A DNA stretch of 63,691 bases, counting the filler, from Reticulomyxa filosa (lineage: Eukaryota; Protista; Foraminifera), in the NCBI GenBank assembly GCA_000512085.1. It is 14 parts of 14 records of this genome, joined end to end, with 100 filler letters (N's around TTAATTAATTAA, not from the genome) between each part and the next. Parts side by side here need not be neighbours in the genome. Positions count along the whole stretch, not along the records: positions 21,321 to 25,176 come from ASPP01004364.1; positions 25,277 to 26,276 come from ASPP01038782.1; positions 26,377 to 30,505 come from ASPP01050722.1; positions 30,606 to 33,208 come from ASPP01011314.1; positions 33,309 to 36,766 come from ASPP01017287.1; 9 more parts are not named here. One strand, written 5' to 3'. Positions within the stretch are counted from its first letter, which is position 1, and each line of letters opens with the position of its first letter. The notes beneath the pieces were generated by a model. It was not told where the DNA came from, ran no database searches, and saw only the letters and a program-made list of their open reading frames with translations. Positions 23,159 through 34,141 of the stretch are shown here, piece after piece. The translations under genes and the position numbers were made by a program.

Positions 23159-25176
23159 CTATCCAAAATTCATGTTACTCATTAAAAGTGCTTCGATGCG
23201 ATCGATCTTTGCACGTGATTCTATCAATTCTCCGTTGAGATGGTGAACCATTAAATTCATTTCATCCATGACTTTTTTGTCATTTCTTATTTTCTTTGCA
23301 CATATACATACATCAATATTGGAAATACTTTAATGTACGTGAATGCACATAACACAAAAAAAGGAGATACCAACCTGTCCCAAAATATCGATTTTTGAGT
23401 CATAATATGCTATCTGGAGACGCAAATGTTGAGTTTCAAATTCTTTGTCATGCTTCAATAAATCGGAGTAAGCGATGCGTCCGATATTGCATCCATATTT
23501 TGCAAACGAGCATTTGACAGACCGAAACAAGCATTCGTGTTTGACATGTCGACGAAATATCCCACGAGCGATTTGTTCTTGGCATCCGTGATTAGTGCAT
23601 GTTACCATTACGCAAGGACATTCTTCACTTATGTGAGTCTTCATCGTCCCTCGACGTATCAATTGTCCTGAAGATATAAAAAATATAATTTATATACTTA
23701 ATATTATTACATAGTTTACCAAATAAAATAATAATTTAAAAAACGTACCACAAATCTGAGAACATGGAACAACAACATCTGGACAAACAGCAAGATGAGA
23801 CGCAATATCTTTTCGAAGAATGGAACGATTTTGACAGAAAGTACAGAGTTGGAATTGGAAATCGCATTGAAATTGAATGTGAGATTGCAACGATCCCAAT
23901 TTGTCCGTCCATGAACAACCTTTGCAGGTGTTTGGGCATTTCACAAATAGCAAATCATTCATCAAACCTTTGGCCGCGTGATTGGGCTTCAAGTACGTGC
24001 TGCATTTATTCGGATTCACAGCCTCTTGACATAATGGACAGGTCTCAATATATTCACTGTAATATCTCTTCAAACACACCTTACAGCCAAAGTGACCCGC
24101 ACTGCATCCACTATATGTTGGATCACGGCATACGTGTTGACATCTTCATTTATATTTTTATTTTTATTTTTATTTTTTTAGTTTGATTATATTTGTTAAT
24201 TTAAAAAAAAAAAATTCCAATGTTTTATTGAAATATAAAGTAATATGTAACATTGCGCAAATGAAGTGGTCGATGAGATGACACTTTTCGGTAATGAAGA
24301 GTTGTTCATCGTATCCACCAATTAGTTCATCAAACTCGCCCATTTCTGTTTCGTTCATTTTTATCTTTACTTTTGTTTCGTTGTCATTCTCTTTGCCATT
24401 TTCATTTGCGTTTGCGTTTTCAATTGTATGTTCATTTTCGTTGGTGCTTTCATTTAGATTTATATTGTCATTGAGGTTACTGTTGTCAGTGATGTTATTT
24501 GTAATGTTTGTATTATTGCCGTTGTCAGTGTTGTTGTTGCTTTCATCGTCTTTTTTTTCATTGTCATTATCATTGTCATTGTCATTTTCGTTGTCATTAT
24601 CATTGTCATTCTCGTTCCCATTCTCATTCTCATTCTCATTCTCATTCTCATTCTCATTCTCATTCTCGTTCTCATTCTCATTCTCATTCTCATTCTCATT
24701 CTCGTTATCATTGTCATTATCGTTATTGTTACTGTTATCATTATAACTCGGATTGTGACTGATGTTGAGTTGGAGGTCATTATTGACAGTGTTGTTCCTT
24801 ACTATTGGATTAAACTCTTCGTCCATTTGTTGTAACAAATCACTAGACAGTGTTGACTCTCTTCCACTCTGTCGTCGCCTCCTCTTTTTTTTTTTAATAC
24901 CCCCAACTTTCTTTTATCCAAAAAAAAAAGAGTTTGTGTCTCGAAAAGAGAGCTAACCGTCGGAGAGAGTAGTAAATGGGAGGGGGACGAATCATCTGAA
25001 ATTTGAAGCATTTGTAAAGAAGAAAAGAAAGGGTTTAAATTAGGAATGTGATTGGTAAAGGAAGAAATATGTGAAGATGGAAGATTCTCGGAGTTAAAGT
25101 GATTAATAATGTCGCTTTCTCCTGTTTGGGGTTAGTTGTTTTTTTTTTGCTCTGTTGTACTTTTTTCTTTGTTTTG
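23159..25176 (-). CDS. RING finger + TRAF-type zinc-finger protein (no MATH domain), N-terminal (NE/ND)n tract; 5' end uncertain
   Basis: GYDEQLF...FICAM|CQHVCRDP...GHFGCKVCL...TCPLCQ (RING); VKCPNTCKGCSWTDKLGSLQSHIQFQC, CTFCQ...HLAVCPDVVVPCSQIC, HISEECPCVMVTCTNHGC, HVKHECLFRSVKCSFAKYGC (TRAF zinc fingers); short coiled-coil tail; stop 23159-23161. Confidence 0.85.
24560..24725 (-). repeat. Coding microsatellite (GAGAAT/GAYAAT)n encoding (NE)n/(ND)n
   Basis: (ATTCTC)n and (ATTGTC/ATTATC)n on the + strand, in frame in ORF 24170-24838. Confidence 0.95.
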
Positions 25177-25276
25177 NNNNNNNNNNNNNNNNNNNNNNNN
25201 NNNNNNNNNNNNNNNNNNNNTTAATTAATTAANNNNNNNNNNNNNNNNNNNNNNNNNNNNNNNNNNNNNNNNNNNN
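25177..25276. other. Artificial contig linker
   Basis: N44-TTAATTAATTAA-N44. Confidence 0.98.
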
Positions 25277-25287
25277 TTTTTCCCCCC

Positions 25288-25319
<32 letters not shown>

Positions 25320-25466
25320 TGAGATGTTACCTCTTTTTTCTGATTGGGTGAGAGATATCTCTACAAGTTGCAACCAATCAAAAATATCTTTATTTCATTT
25401 TCTTAACCAATCAAACAAAAAATATATATGTATATGTGTATATGGCTCAAACGAATGTTGTGTGTG

Positions 25467-25605
25467 TTAATAATGACCAGCAAATATATTCAATAAACTC
25501 AACTCAGAGTCATTTTCACTCATATTGAAGCCAGCTGCTCGTTGAAAATGTTGAATAACATCCTCGTCTGTATTGGTGTCGTCCTCGCTTTCTTCTGAAC
25601 GTGCC

Positions 25606-25636
<31 letters not shown>

Positions 25637-26276
25637 TTATTAATGTCAACACAATGCGTATATTTGTATAGTCTGTTTTTTTTTTTTTTTTTTTACATTG
25701 ACATCACGCTTTCTTAGTTTGTTTGTGTCGGAACAAAACTGGCTTGGGATAAAAAAGAGTGTTATTATTTAATACGCTTTGCACGGTATACGATGAAGTC
25801 TGCCGGAACAATTTGGCCATATCTTCTTCGGTTAACACTGACGTTTTCGCTTCTTTTTCTTTTTCTCTGTCTTGTTCCCGTTCTTGTCCTTGTCCTTGTT
25901 CTTGTTCTTTTGCATGCTCTTTTGTGTTTTCTTTTTCTTTTTCCATCTCTTCATCACTTGCCTCGATCTTGTTCAATCCCGATGGCCTCTTTTCTTGTTG
26001 CTGTCATTTTCAAACATTTGTCGTTTATTTTTGTTTGTTTGTCTGTTTCCTTTTTTCTCAGCTAAGAAATACAATCAAAAATATTCGACATTCAACCTCA
26101 TGTTTCGCTTTTTCTAGCTTTTCTAGTTCTTCAAACTTTTTCATTATCATCGCTGCTGTTTCAAAGTCTTCGACATACCCGAGATAATGTGTTGAGCTGT
26201 GACGAAGCAAAACGATTTGTATTTGTTATTGTTTGTAACGGGACCGTTTTTGTTTGCTACAAACTTGAATGAGCTT
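25467..26276 (-). CDS. Multi-exon fragment of a hypothetical charged protein
   Basis: Short colinear minus-strand ORFs separated by poly-A intron-like tracts; no family recognised. Confidence 0.4.
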
Positions 26277-26376
26277 NNNNNNNNNNNNNNNNNNNNNNNN
26301 NNNNNNNNNNNNNNNNNNNNTTAATTAATTAANNNNNNNNNNNNNNNNNNNNNNNNNNNNNNNNNNNNNNNNNNNN
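26277..26376. other. Artificial contig linker
   Basis: N44-TTAATTAATTAA-N44. Confidence 0.98.
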
Positions 26377-26600
26377 TTTTTTTTTTGAAGAAGGAGAAAG
26401 GTGAAGAATAAAATAATTTTTTATTTTTTTTTTAATAATGTTATAAAAAGATTCAAGACATTGACCAATTTCAAGAGGTGTCCCGGGAAGGGGCGTTTTG
26501 CGACCTGTTGCGATTGGACCACCCCGTAGATAAGGATAAGAACAAAGACAAAGAAGACTATAAAACGACAAATCGACTGAGCAGACGACGTTGTTTGCAT
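26377..26600 (-). CDS. 5' fragment of a probable secreted or membrane-anchored protein
   Basis: MQTTSSAQSICRFIVFFVFVLILIYGVVQSQQ hydrophobic signal-like N-terminus; runs off the contig end. Confidence 0.35.
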
Positions 26601-27484
26601 ACAATGATGCAACAATGTTCGTACGTGTTCGGTGTGATGTTTTTGAAGAATAATAATCTAACAGCGCACGAAGCGCAGTTTGACGGATACAAGATGCAAT
26701 TTGTGAACGAGATTGTATTTTTTTTTTTTTTTGTTAGCAATTTAAATCTGTAATTTTATTAAATTAAAGTGACCCTTGAACTTTTTTTTAGTGAGCAAAA
26801 GAATTATTTCTGTTTGCAAATACAAATTAAATTATATTAATACATCGCACTTTTGTTAAATTATTTGATGAATAATTCTTTTGAAATTTCACATTTTTTT
26901 TATGTTTGTTGTTGAGTGCTATTTGTGTTTTAAGATATTTTCAATTACATAAAGGAAATATTGAATAATTTAGATTGGATGAGATTAGAAAACAAAATTA
27001 TTATTATGAAATATAATCAGGACAAATTCCATGAAACCTGTGCAAAACATAATGAAGACGGCGACTTATAGAGAGCATTGCAGAAGCAAAAGAAAAAAAA
27101 AGTAAAGAAGAAAATGTTTATCTTAATGTAGAAAAATGTTTGACAAATTTTCTAAATTAAACCCTACTGTTTTCCCTTTTATAAGCTGTGCAAATTCCCT
27201 TTTGCGTATCTTCGTAAGAGGAGTGTTAAAAAAAGATTTAACTGCAATAAAGAGGATCTATCAATATTAAAATTTTTGACAATCAATCGAATTTACGTTA
27301 AAAAAAACACATAATAACACTATCTTGGATATCATTTCAATACCATAAAAAAAAAAAAGTTGTACATTCAGTTGATCATGTTTAAAAAAGACCTTTTCTT
27401 AAACCAATTTTGGTAATGATGCCTGTGCCATCACATTTCAATGCCAAGTATGTTTATATGTATATATTTTTAAAATTGTAGTAA

Positions 27485-28350
27485 TTGGTTTTTTTTTTAA
27501 ATAATAATAGGTCACAACTAGCACACCAAAAGCAACAAACCAATGATCAAAACAAATATGATATGAAAATAATATTTGATATTAATGGAAATGGAGAGTA
27601 CAAACAAGATGGTAAATCGAATATTGCGGATCAGACATTTTTCAATAATGGGCTGTCAAATGAAAGCAAGTATTTGCACAGGAATACCAGAAAACGTAAA
27701 TTGAGAGAGCTGTATGAAAATGAAAAATATGTCAATTTTATTGGCACGACATTCAATATAAATATCAGGGCAGTATAAATATATATATATTACTTAAAAT
27801 TAATTGTAATGATGTGTTACACTCGTGTGGAATATTAGCTCTTTCTTAGTTTGTTTCGGCAATGATAAACTTTGCTGTTTCACTTTAGTTTGTTCGGCAT
27901 GAATCAGCTTTGGCATTTCATGTCATGTGTCACTAGTGTTTCACCTTAGCTTTTATTGTTGTCATGTGTCAGCTTTGATTTGAGCTTGTTATTCGATAAC
28001 GGTGTTATTTTTGATTTGTGTGCACATTCTGACATATTATATTATATATTTATCTGCTTATTTATATTTTAATATTAATATATATATAATATATATCACA
28101 GAACGTAAAAAGAAAGACGAGAAATTGGACAGAAGAATCGAAACATATATTTATTAAATTATTGGATGAAATGAATATAAAAGATAATATTATTAGCAAT
28201 CAAGAAAAGCAAATAGCAAGCATAAAAAACGAACTACATGAAACAAAACTATTATTAGCGAACGCAATCTGTCAATGTCACAAAAATAAAAAAGAAGAAT
28301 GCTTTTTGCCTAAAATTAAAAATTTAATTTTTGAATTTTTTGGTTATTAG
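27485..28350 (+). CDS. Small hypothetical coiled-coil gene or relic
   Basis: Two short ORFs (27485-27778, 28162-28350), the second heptad-like; no family recognised. Confidence 0.25.
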
Positions 28351-29249
28351 TTAATTTGATTTGTGTCGTTGAAATTTATTTAAAATGTGTTTACCAATTT
28401 TTTTAAAGTATAATACAATACTGGAGATAATAAAAATTGTTTATATTTATTCAAAATTTTACTATTTTTATTTTTAAATGAAAGTGCTAGTTTAACTGGT
28501 ACAATAACATCAGAAATTGCAAATATAACAAATGAAACGTCTTTGTATGTTGCCAACTTTTCAACTCTATTTAATTTTTCAAACAACATGTCTCAAAAAT
28601 ATATTTTAATGGAAAATCAGTTGATTGGTAGTCGTATTTAATATTTTTTTAACACATTTTTTGTTAAGGGAGCAATACATTGTATTCATCTTTGAAATAA
28701 AAAATAACTTTGATAGTATTATATTCATTTATGATTTACTGGCAAAAATTGAAAGCATTGTTGACTTTTTTGTATGAACATTTAATCAAAACTTTACATG
28801 GAGTTAAGTATGTTGAAATGTAAATACAATATGTAGAAAAAGTATTGGAGCTGGCATTAAGTGTAATGAAAGACTACCTTTTTTGACAAACTAATTTGCA
28901 CTCTTCCAAAAAAAACTCGGGGACTAATTATTTGTACAGATTTTTTTTTGTACAATATTTAAAAAAAATGCAATCTACCTTTTAAAAAACTTTTTTTATA
29001 TTTGGAGTTTTTCAAATCACACTAGAAAAGATATTTTTGTTCTTTTAATGAAACAATATCGAGCAACGAATAAATAAAGAAAAAAGTTGCCTTTTTCTAT
29101 TCGAAAGTGAAGTTAACCCAACAATTTTACTTTCAACTGTTTTCGTAATCAAAAGATAGATTATTGAAAGAATTTTTCATTTTTGTAATTTAAAAATGCT
29201 TTTGATCATTTATTTGGAAAGTTATTATGATTAATGACAAATTTATTAA

Positions 29250-30505
29250 TTTGCAATTTGAATTATTTTATAACTATCATTGAAATATTTAATGTTTCTT
29301 GAATGTATTAGGATGTAGAAGTAGAAAAAATAACATGAAAAGATGATTTCACAAGATGTATTTTTTGTTCTTTTTATCATGTTCATTCTAAACTTGTTTG
29401 TGATAAAATGAATATCTAATCTTATCAGTTCCGAAATGCAAAATATTATGGGAAAACATTTTGGATAATAATTGAACAAACATTAATTCGATTTTGGTCT
29501 TCTTTTATCGTATTTATTCATTAAATACTCAAACTAACTTTTTTGGAGTCGCTCAAATTAATGCAGAGTTTTTTTGGAATTACTCCAATTAAATCAGAGT
29601 TTTTCTGAGGGTCATTCCAATTAATGTAAAAGTAGTTGCCAGGAATAATGCTGTTCACTTATTATCATGCAGTGTCTAGTGATCGTCAAATCATTTGGTG
29701 ATTGAGTACATTTTTTCTCTATTAAATTTTTTTGTACGAATATCAGGAGTCAATGTTTGTAATTCTTGAGAAATATCATTTTTTGTTAGGTTCAATTTCT
29801 TTGCTAAAATCTCATTCAATTTCTTTTTGGATTTACTTTGGTCGAGTCCACCAAAATTGCGAAGATATCCTTGCAATGACCTCTTTTGGGATGGTTCGAT
29901 AAGAGTGGCCTGATATTTCACCAGTGCATAAAAATCACGTGCTCCAAAAAAATGTTTATTTCCATTAGGACTGAATGCACCCATTTTACAGTCAGTTATC
30001 TCTTCATACACTTTTATCATTTTTTTAATATCTCGATTTGAGAAAATTTTATCAGACACAATGGATGTTGCAGTATTGATTAAGTCATGATGGCCCAGGG
30101 AAGGAATGAAATGCATGACCATTCGATTCATCTTTGCAGCGTCCAAATTCCAATTGGAAATACCAACAAATGGGATTTTGGGATCTTCCAATAATTGGTG
30201 CAATATCTTCAAAGGGTTATGCTTAGCTTGCTCTGCCAAACCAATTTCATCAAATAATAAGAATGTAGTGATTACTTCATCTATTTTTTTTTGGTCATTC
30301 GACTCTCTTTTTTTTTTGTCACTGGAATATTTTTCTGTTTGGTCCCATATTTTTTTGATAGCATTTGGTTTGCAATATCTTGTGCCTTGGAATGCAATGC
30401 AATGCAATGCTTTCATATCAAAATGAAATTGACATTTTCGTAATTCTGAGTGAAACTTTTTGATATTGCTATGGGATAAGGAGTTAAGCATGATTTGCAA
30501 AGATA
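29250..30505 (-). pseudogene. RNF213/mysterin-like AAA+ module fragment, frameshifted and degenerate at its 3' end
   Basis: LLFDEIGLAEQAKHNPLKILHQLLEDPKIPFVGISNWNLDAAKMNR and FFGARDFYALVK...YLRNFGG are RNF213-type AAA+ motifs. Near 29740 the coding-like text continues in another frame (VQKNLIEKKCTQSPNDLTITRHCMIISEQHYSWQLLLH*) and then stops at a tandem repeat. Confidence 0.75.
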
Positions 30506-30605
30506 NNNNNNNNNNNNNNNNNNNNNNNNNNNNNNNNNNNNNNNNNNNNTTAATTAATTAANNNNNNNNNNNNNNNNNNNNNNNNNNNNNNNNNNNNNNN
30601 NNNNN
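30506..30605. other. Artificial contig linker
   Basis: N44-TTAATTAATTAA-N44. Confidence 0.98.
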
Positions 30606-30644
<39 letters not shown>

Positions 30645-32389
30645 TCAACCAACACAAAAGTACGTTGCACACAACTGTTGATCTTTCAACAAGTCGATGT
30701 GCCACATCTGCTTTAAACACAGTCGTTTGTTGACCACCACGACTTGGCAAAATGTGTATTGAACAATCAAATCCACTATTATTATTATTATTATTATTAT
30801 TATCATTATTATTATTTCTTATTACAATTTTTAAACACAGAAAAGAGATAAACAAAATGATAGATAAGACTACACAACTTGACAATATTAATTTCAGGAT
30901 CTTTGGCACTTTGTGATGTGGAAGGAACTAAAATTTCACAAGTTCGGTCGTGGTCGGTGTTCCCCTTCTTAAACCAACCACGGCCGATGCGGCTGAACCC
31001 TGCCGCTTGCAAGCGTTTGCGATTGAAGATGTTCAAGAGTGCCTCTTGCTGTTGGAGGGGGATGCCTTCATCGCATAGGAAATAAGAGTCGACGCAAGTA
31101 AATGTCACTGTGTAATTTGGATGCAGGTCCTTCAAACCACGGGGCCATTTGGACGATCCGCACCCATTGTGTAAAGCACATGATTGTCAAATTGAAACTC
31201 GCCAAATAGTTTCCCCAAAATTTCATAGTTTCTCTTTTTGCCGTATCTAGCCAACCAAAAGAAGAGGTATTTTTTTTTTTTTTTTTTAAATTGATAAATA
31301 AATAAGTGTTTCTTTTTGTAAAAGCAACCTCTTTTTTTTTTTTTTTCCAAAAAAAAAAAAAAACATACACGTTCGAGCCAAGGATCACTTTTTCTCGAAA
31401 TGTGACCTGTTCTGCATCGATTGGTGGGTCAAATGCCACTTCAAACTGAAACACTTGTGTTTCCAAAAGTTTGCCGCGTACTTCAAATGAGTTTGTTTTT
31501 AGTGTTATCGTCGCAACATCCGTGGGCCAATGCTTTGGTCGAGTGGCATAAGGTGCTGTGTATGGTCGATATTCTGTTTTTACTGGCCTGCTGTTTGCCA
31601 ATTCTTTTGGCTTTTTTTTGCTATACACATTCACGACCACAAGCAAAACAATAATTGGACATTTACACTCACGTTTTTTTTTTTTTTTTTTGTACTGTCA
31701 GCAAAAACTTTGCACAGTCGTGTTGTTAGAAAAAAAAGATTCAATTTAATTAATTTATTTATTTTTATACGTGGGCTCTCCTTTGTCATGACAATTATAA
31801 AAATAAAAGTTTCCTTTTGTCAATGATTCCACTGCCTCCCAATGACTCAAATTAAACTTTAATACTTTGATGTGCTTTGGTCCTGTCATAATTATAAATA
31901 TATAAATATGATGTGTATGTTTTTTTTTTGTTGGGTGCCAAAAAAAAAAAAAAACACACGAAACCTGGATGATCTGGATTCAATAGCAATACCTCATTGT
32001 TTAGTACTTCATTGGATGTGTCATGAAATCTTGCAACGTTTTTCTGAGCATTTGTTTGTTCCCAAACAACAAAAAACATGGCCAAGTTTTCAACACCGCA
32101 AAAACTAGTCGAAAAAGATGTGTTGCTGAAATATATGTAACAATCAAACTGAAGCACTGCCTCTTCGGTTTTGTCCTCCACGACCTCGAAATCCACCTCT
32201 TCCTCGTGGACGAAAATTATTTTCGTCTTTGTATGTATAGTCACGATTGTTATTATATTGCCGAAAATTGGAATTTTCTTCGTGCGTTACACTGTAACAT
32301 TGGCCACCTCGGTATCCCCCTCTACGTCCTCGAGGTATCCAGGACTCTCTGCCACTTTCATGTGTTTGATAGGAAGCATATGAGGACAT
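30606..32389 (-). CDS. PIWI-clade Argonaute, N-terminal half (RG/RGG-rich leader, N domain, L1/DUF1785); truncated at contig end; one apparent 1-nt frameshift
   Basis: PRGRRGGYRGG and PRGRGGFRGRGG leader; ITLKTNSFEV...VFQFEVAFDPPID; LFGEFQFDNHVLYT; LLNIFNRKRLQAAGFSRIGRGWF; GFDCSIHILP...TVFKADVAHRLVERSTV, equivalent to the Piwi 'GF.TSI...D.SHKVLR.ETV' motif. Confidence 0.85.
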
Positions 32390-32555
32390 TTATGTTTTAC
32401 TTGCTCTCAACTAGGCTAAAAATTTTACAAAACCAACACCAAGTTCGTGCAAGAGTGTAAACCCAACCTGTTTTTTAAGGGTTCGGGAACTGTTTCATGA
32501 CATTTGCGACAGTTTAAGTTCTTGCAAGGAAATTAAACAATACGCTAAGAGATAG

Positions 32556-33208
32556 ATGTCAAAAGTGATTAAACATTGCAGACAGGCAAAATTTTCCTTG
32601 GGATTTTTGATATAGAAAGAAAAGTTGCTTTTCTTTGTTGTGTTCGAACAGCACAAACAAAACAAAACTTTGCGCGTTTGGAGTGTGAAGCCCTAACAAA
32701 AGAAAAGAACCCTTTCTCTTACATTCTAAAGGGTCATGCAGTTTTCAGTCAAGCTGAAGCCTCTGCTTCATGAAATACCAGTGCAAACGACGCTTTTTGT
32801 GTGTTTTTTTTTTCTTTGTGAATTGTCCATCTTTTTTTTTTTAAATTAAAAAACACGCCTTCTAAACACCTTGGCTTCGTCGCGAAGGTCGTCAATAAAC
32901 ATAGGGGGAAATGTATAAAAATAAAAATAAAAGTGCTTAAATCATGATTTGACATTGTTAGCCTACGTGTCGGTTTCCACCAGAAAGAAAGTGTCAGTGG
33001 TAATCAAAGGCGAAGGCAAAGCAGAGAGGAAGTCGTTTCGAAAGCGGATTACCTGTCTGCGATGGATTTACGTGGACAAGAGAGATATTCTGTTGGTATC
33101 GTTTGAGCATGGGCACATTGGATGTTTTGACAAAGTTTTGAACGAAAGACCTATTTTTTTATTTATTTATTTATTTTTTTTTTTTTCTAATAAACGTACA
33201 TCACACAT
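32556..33208 (+). CDS. 5' fragment of a beta-propeller protein, possibly RAB3GAP2 N-terminal domain-like
   Basis: KRITCLRWIYVDKRDILLVSFEHGHIGCFDK is a WD40-like blade. The start is uncertain because a one-base indel is needed to join ATG 32556 to the next frame. Confidence 0.35.
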
Positions 33209-33308
33209 NNNNNNNNNNNNNNNNNNNNNNNNNNNNNNNNNNNNNNNNNNNNTTAATTAATTAANNNNNNNNNNNNNNNNNNNNNNNNNNNNNNNNNNNN
33301 NNNNNNNN
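33209..33308. other. Artificial contig linker
   Basis: N44-TTAATTAATTAA-N44. Confidence 0.98.
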
Positions 33309-34141
33309 AAATTTTGTTTTGTTTATTTTGTTCCTTTGTAAGGCAAAATTACAGTCAGTTAAATCTTGCAAGTACAAATTTTGTATACTAGCTTTTGTTT
33401 TCTATTTTTTTTGCTAATTTATGTTTTTTTGTTGGTCATTGGACATATTTGCTGGCGTTTCCTTATCCTTCTTGAAACAGTACAATTTAAAAGTTTGTGC
33501 AATAATGAACAGTACTTTAAATTTACAAAAATTTTTCTCTTATTTCTTTCAAAAAGCCAACCATTTAAAGCTGTTCCAGTAATAAGTGTCATTGTTTCTG
33601 TTGACAATTCAAGCAAATTCTCTTTAACTAGGCTCCCTTTCCACTCTGACGTGTTTCGCAAAAAAAAGAACTTCACACAATTTCATTACAATTTATAATT
33701 AAATGCAAAATTTGCCAAAAAATAATTATGACAGGAAAAAAGGCAATTGAGTCTCAGATCACCACTCTTTTTTGATCAAATTTATACCCAAAAAAATCGA
33801 CAATTTTTGTTAGCGTTTGTCAGACCCTTCTTCTTTAATATTTTTAAATTGAATGGAATCGATCAAATTTAAATTGCACTTGTTCAACCAACTTTTTATA
33901 TGTATTTTTTCAGCCTTCGTGATCAAAAAACTTTTTCATTATATGTTTGTGGGGAATTCATAAATTCGTACAAATAATTACAAAGGGTTGTTACGCTTCC
34001 TTTGAAAACGTAATTTTGAATCAGACTATTTTGTTACGTAAAAACTTGGAAAGTGACGCTTCGTTAAAGGGGACGTACGTGTGCATACGAAATAAAAACG
34101 TTTGACGGAATTTGTCAGTAGAAGAGTAATTGAGTGTGAAG

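Noticed and set aside
24294-24780. (SH)n, (SF)n and (RM)n ORFs suggesting metal-binding peptides
   Set aside because: Alternative-frame readings of the (GAGAAT)n microsatellite inside the TRAF-like gene.
31700-31745. Possible extra beta-strand (FSNNTTVQSF) completing an OB-fold in the PIWI leader
   Set aside because: No AG acceptor precedes it; it lies inside the phase-2 intron at about 31622-31771.
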